From Eledone cirrhosa (taxonomy: Eukaryota), in contig OZ024745.1 of NCBI GenBank assembly GCA_964016885.1, positions 58,838,001-58,902,000 on the forward strand: DNA of 64,000 nucleotides, written 5' to 3'. Numbering within the stretch: the first letter of the stretch is position 1; each line of letters opens with the position of its first letter. This document shows positions 63,841 to 64,000 of this stretch, piece after piece. A program made the position numbers and the translations under genes. The notes beneath the pieces are model-generated. The model did not search any database and had not been told where the DNA came from. It saw nothing but the letters and a program-made list of their open reading frames with translations.

Positions 63841-64000
63841 GTGAAAAAACGGGAGGTTATAACCAAAGTTGGTAGAGCATTCAGTCCAAAGGATGATGTT
63901 GGGTAGAGAGTTAGTTCCACAACTATTTAACAAACTATACTTGAGGACACGTGTTTCACCCAAATCCTTTTGGTGAGACACGTGTCCTCAAGTATGATAA
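63841..64000. mobile_element. Family E fold-back with hammerhead 3' half (GUC site)
   Basis: Homologous to about 37270-37400. Minus strand reads ggtGAAAcacgtgTCctcaag, folded back at about 63960. Confidence 0.65.

Overview
Very AT-rich, microsatellite-saturated animal genomic DNA. The SINE and microsatellite content suggests a cephalopod, probably Octopus (inference). Almost all listed ORFs are translations of (TA)n, (CA)n, (GA)n or (GGT)n repeats, and no complete protein-coding gene is present. Conventional content: many tRNA-derived SINEs, decayed RTE and R4/Dong-type LINE fragments, two adjacent non-autonomous Helitrons, mariner/Tigger/hAT MITEs, minisatellites, and possibly the 5' exons of a minus-strand gene with a signal-peptide-like start. 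The most striking signal is a dense population of short elements (about 100-600 bp) from many unrelated families, inserted in (TA)n tracts. Nine carry type I hammerhead ribozyme folds with a full CUGANGA core (stem I, stem II, GAAA, tiny and usually palindromic stem III, UH), four carry a UUGAAGA variant, and others retain only the 3' half. Copies show compensatory base changes. Most loci are head-to-head fold-backs that pivot in or next to the ribozyme, with one arm lacking the 3' tail, and several families share a GAGTRC motif about 45 nt from the 3' end. This fits non-autonomous Penelope-like retroelement (PLE) derivatives. PLE hammerheads are known in general; whether these families, this architecture and the motif have been described could not be checked here.
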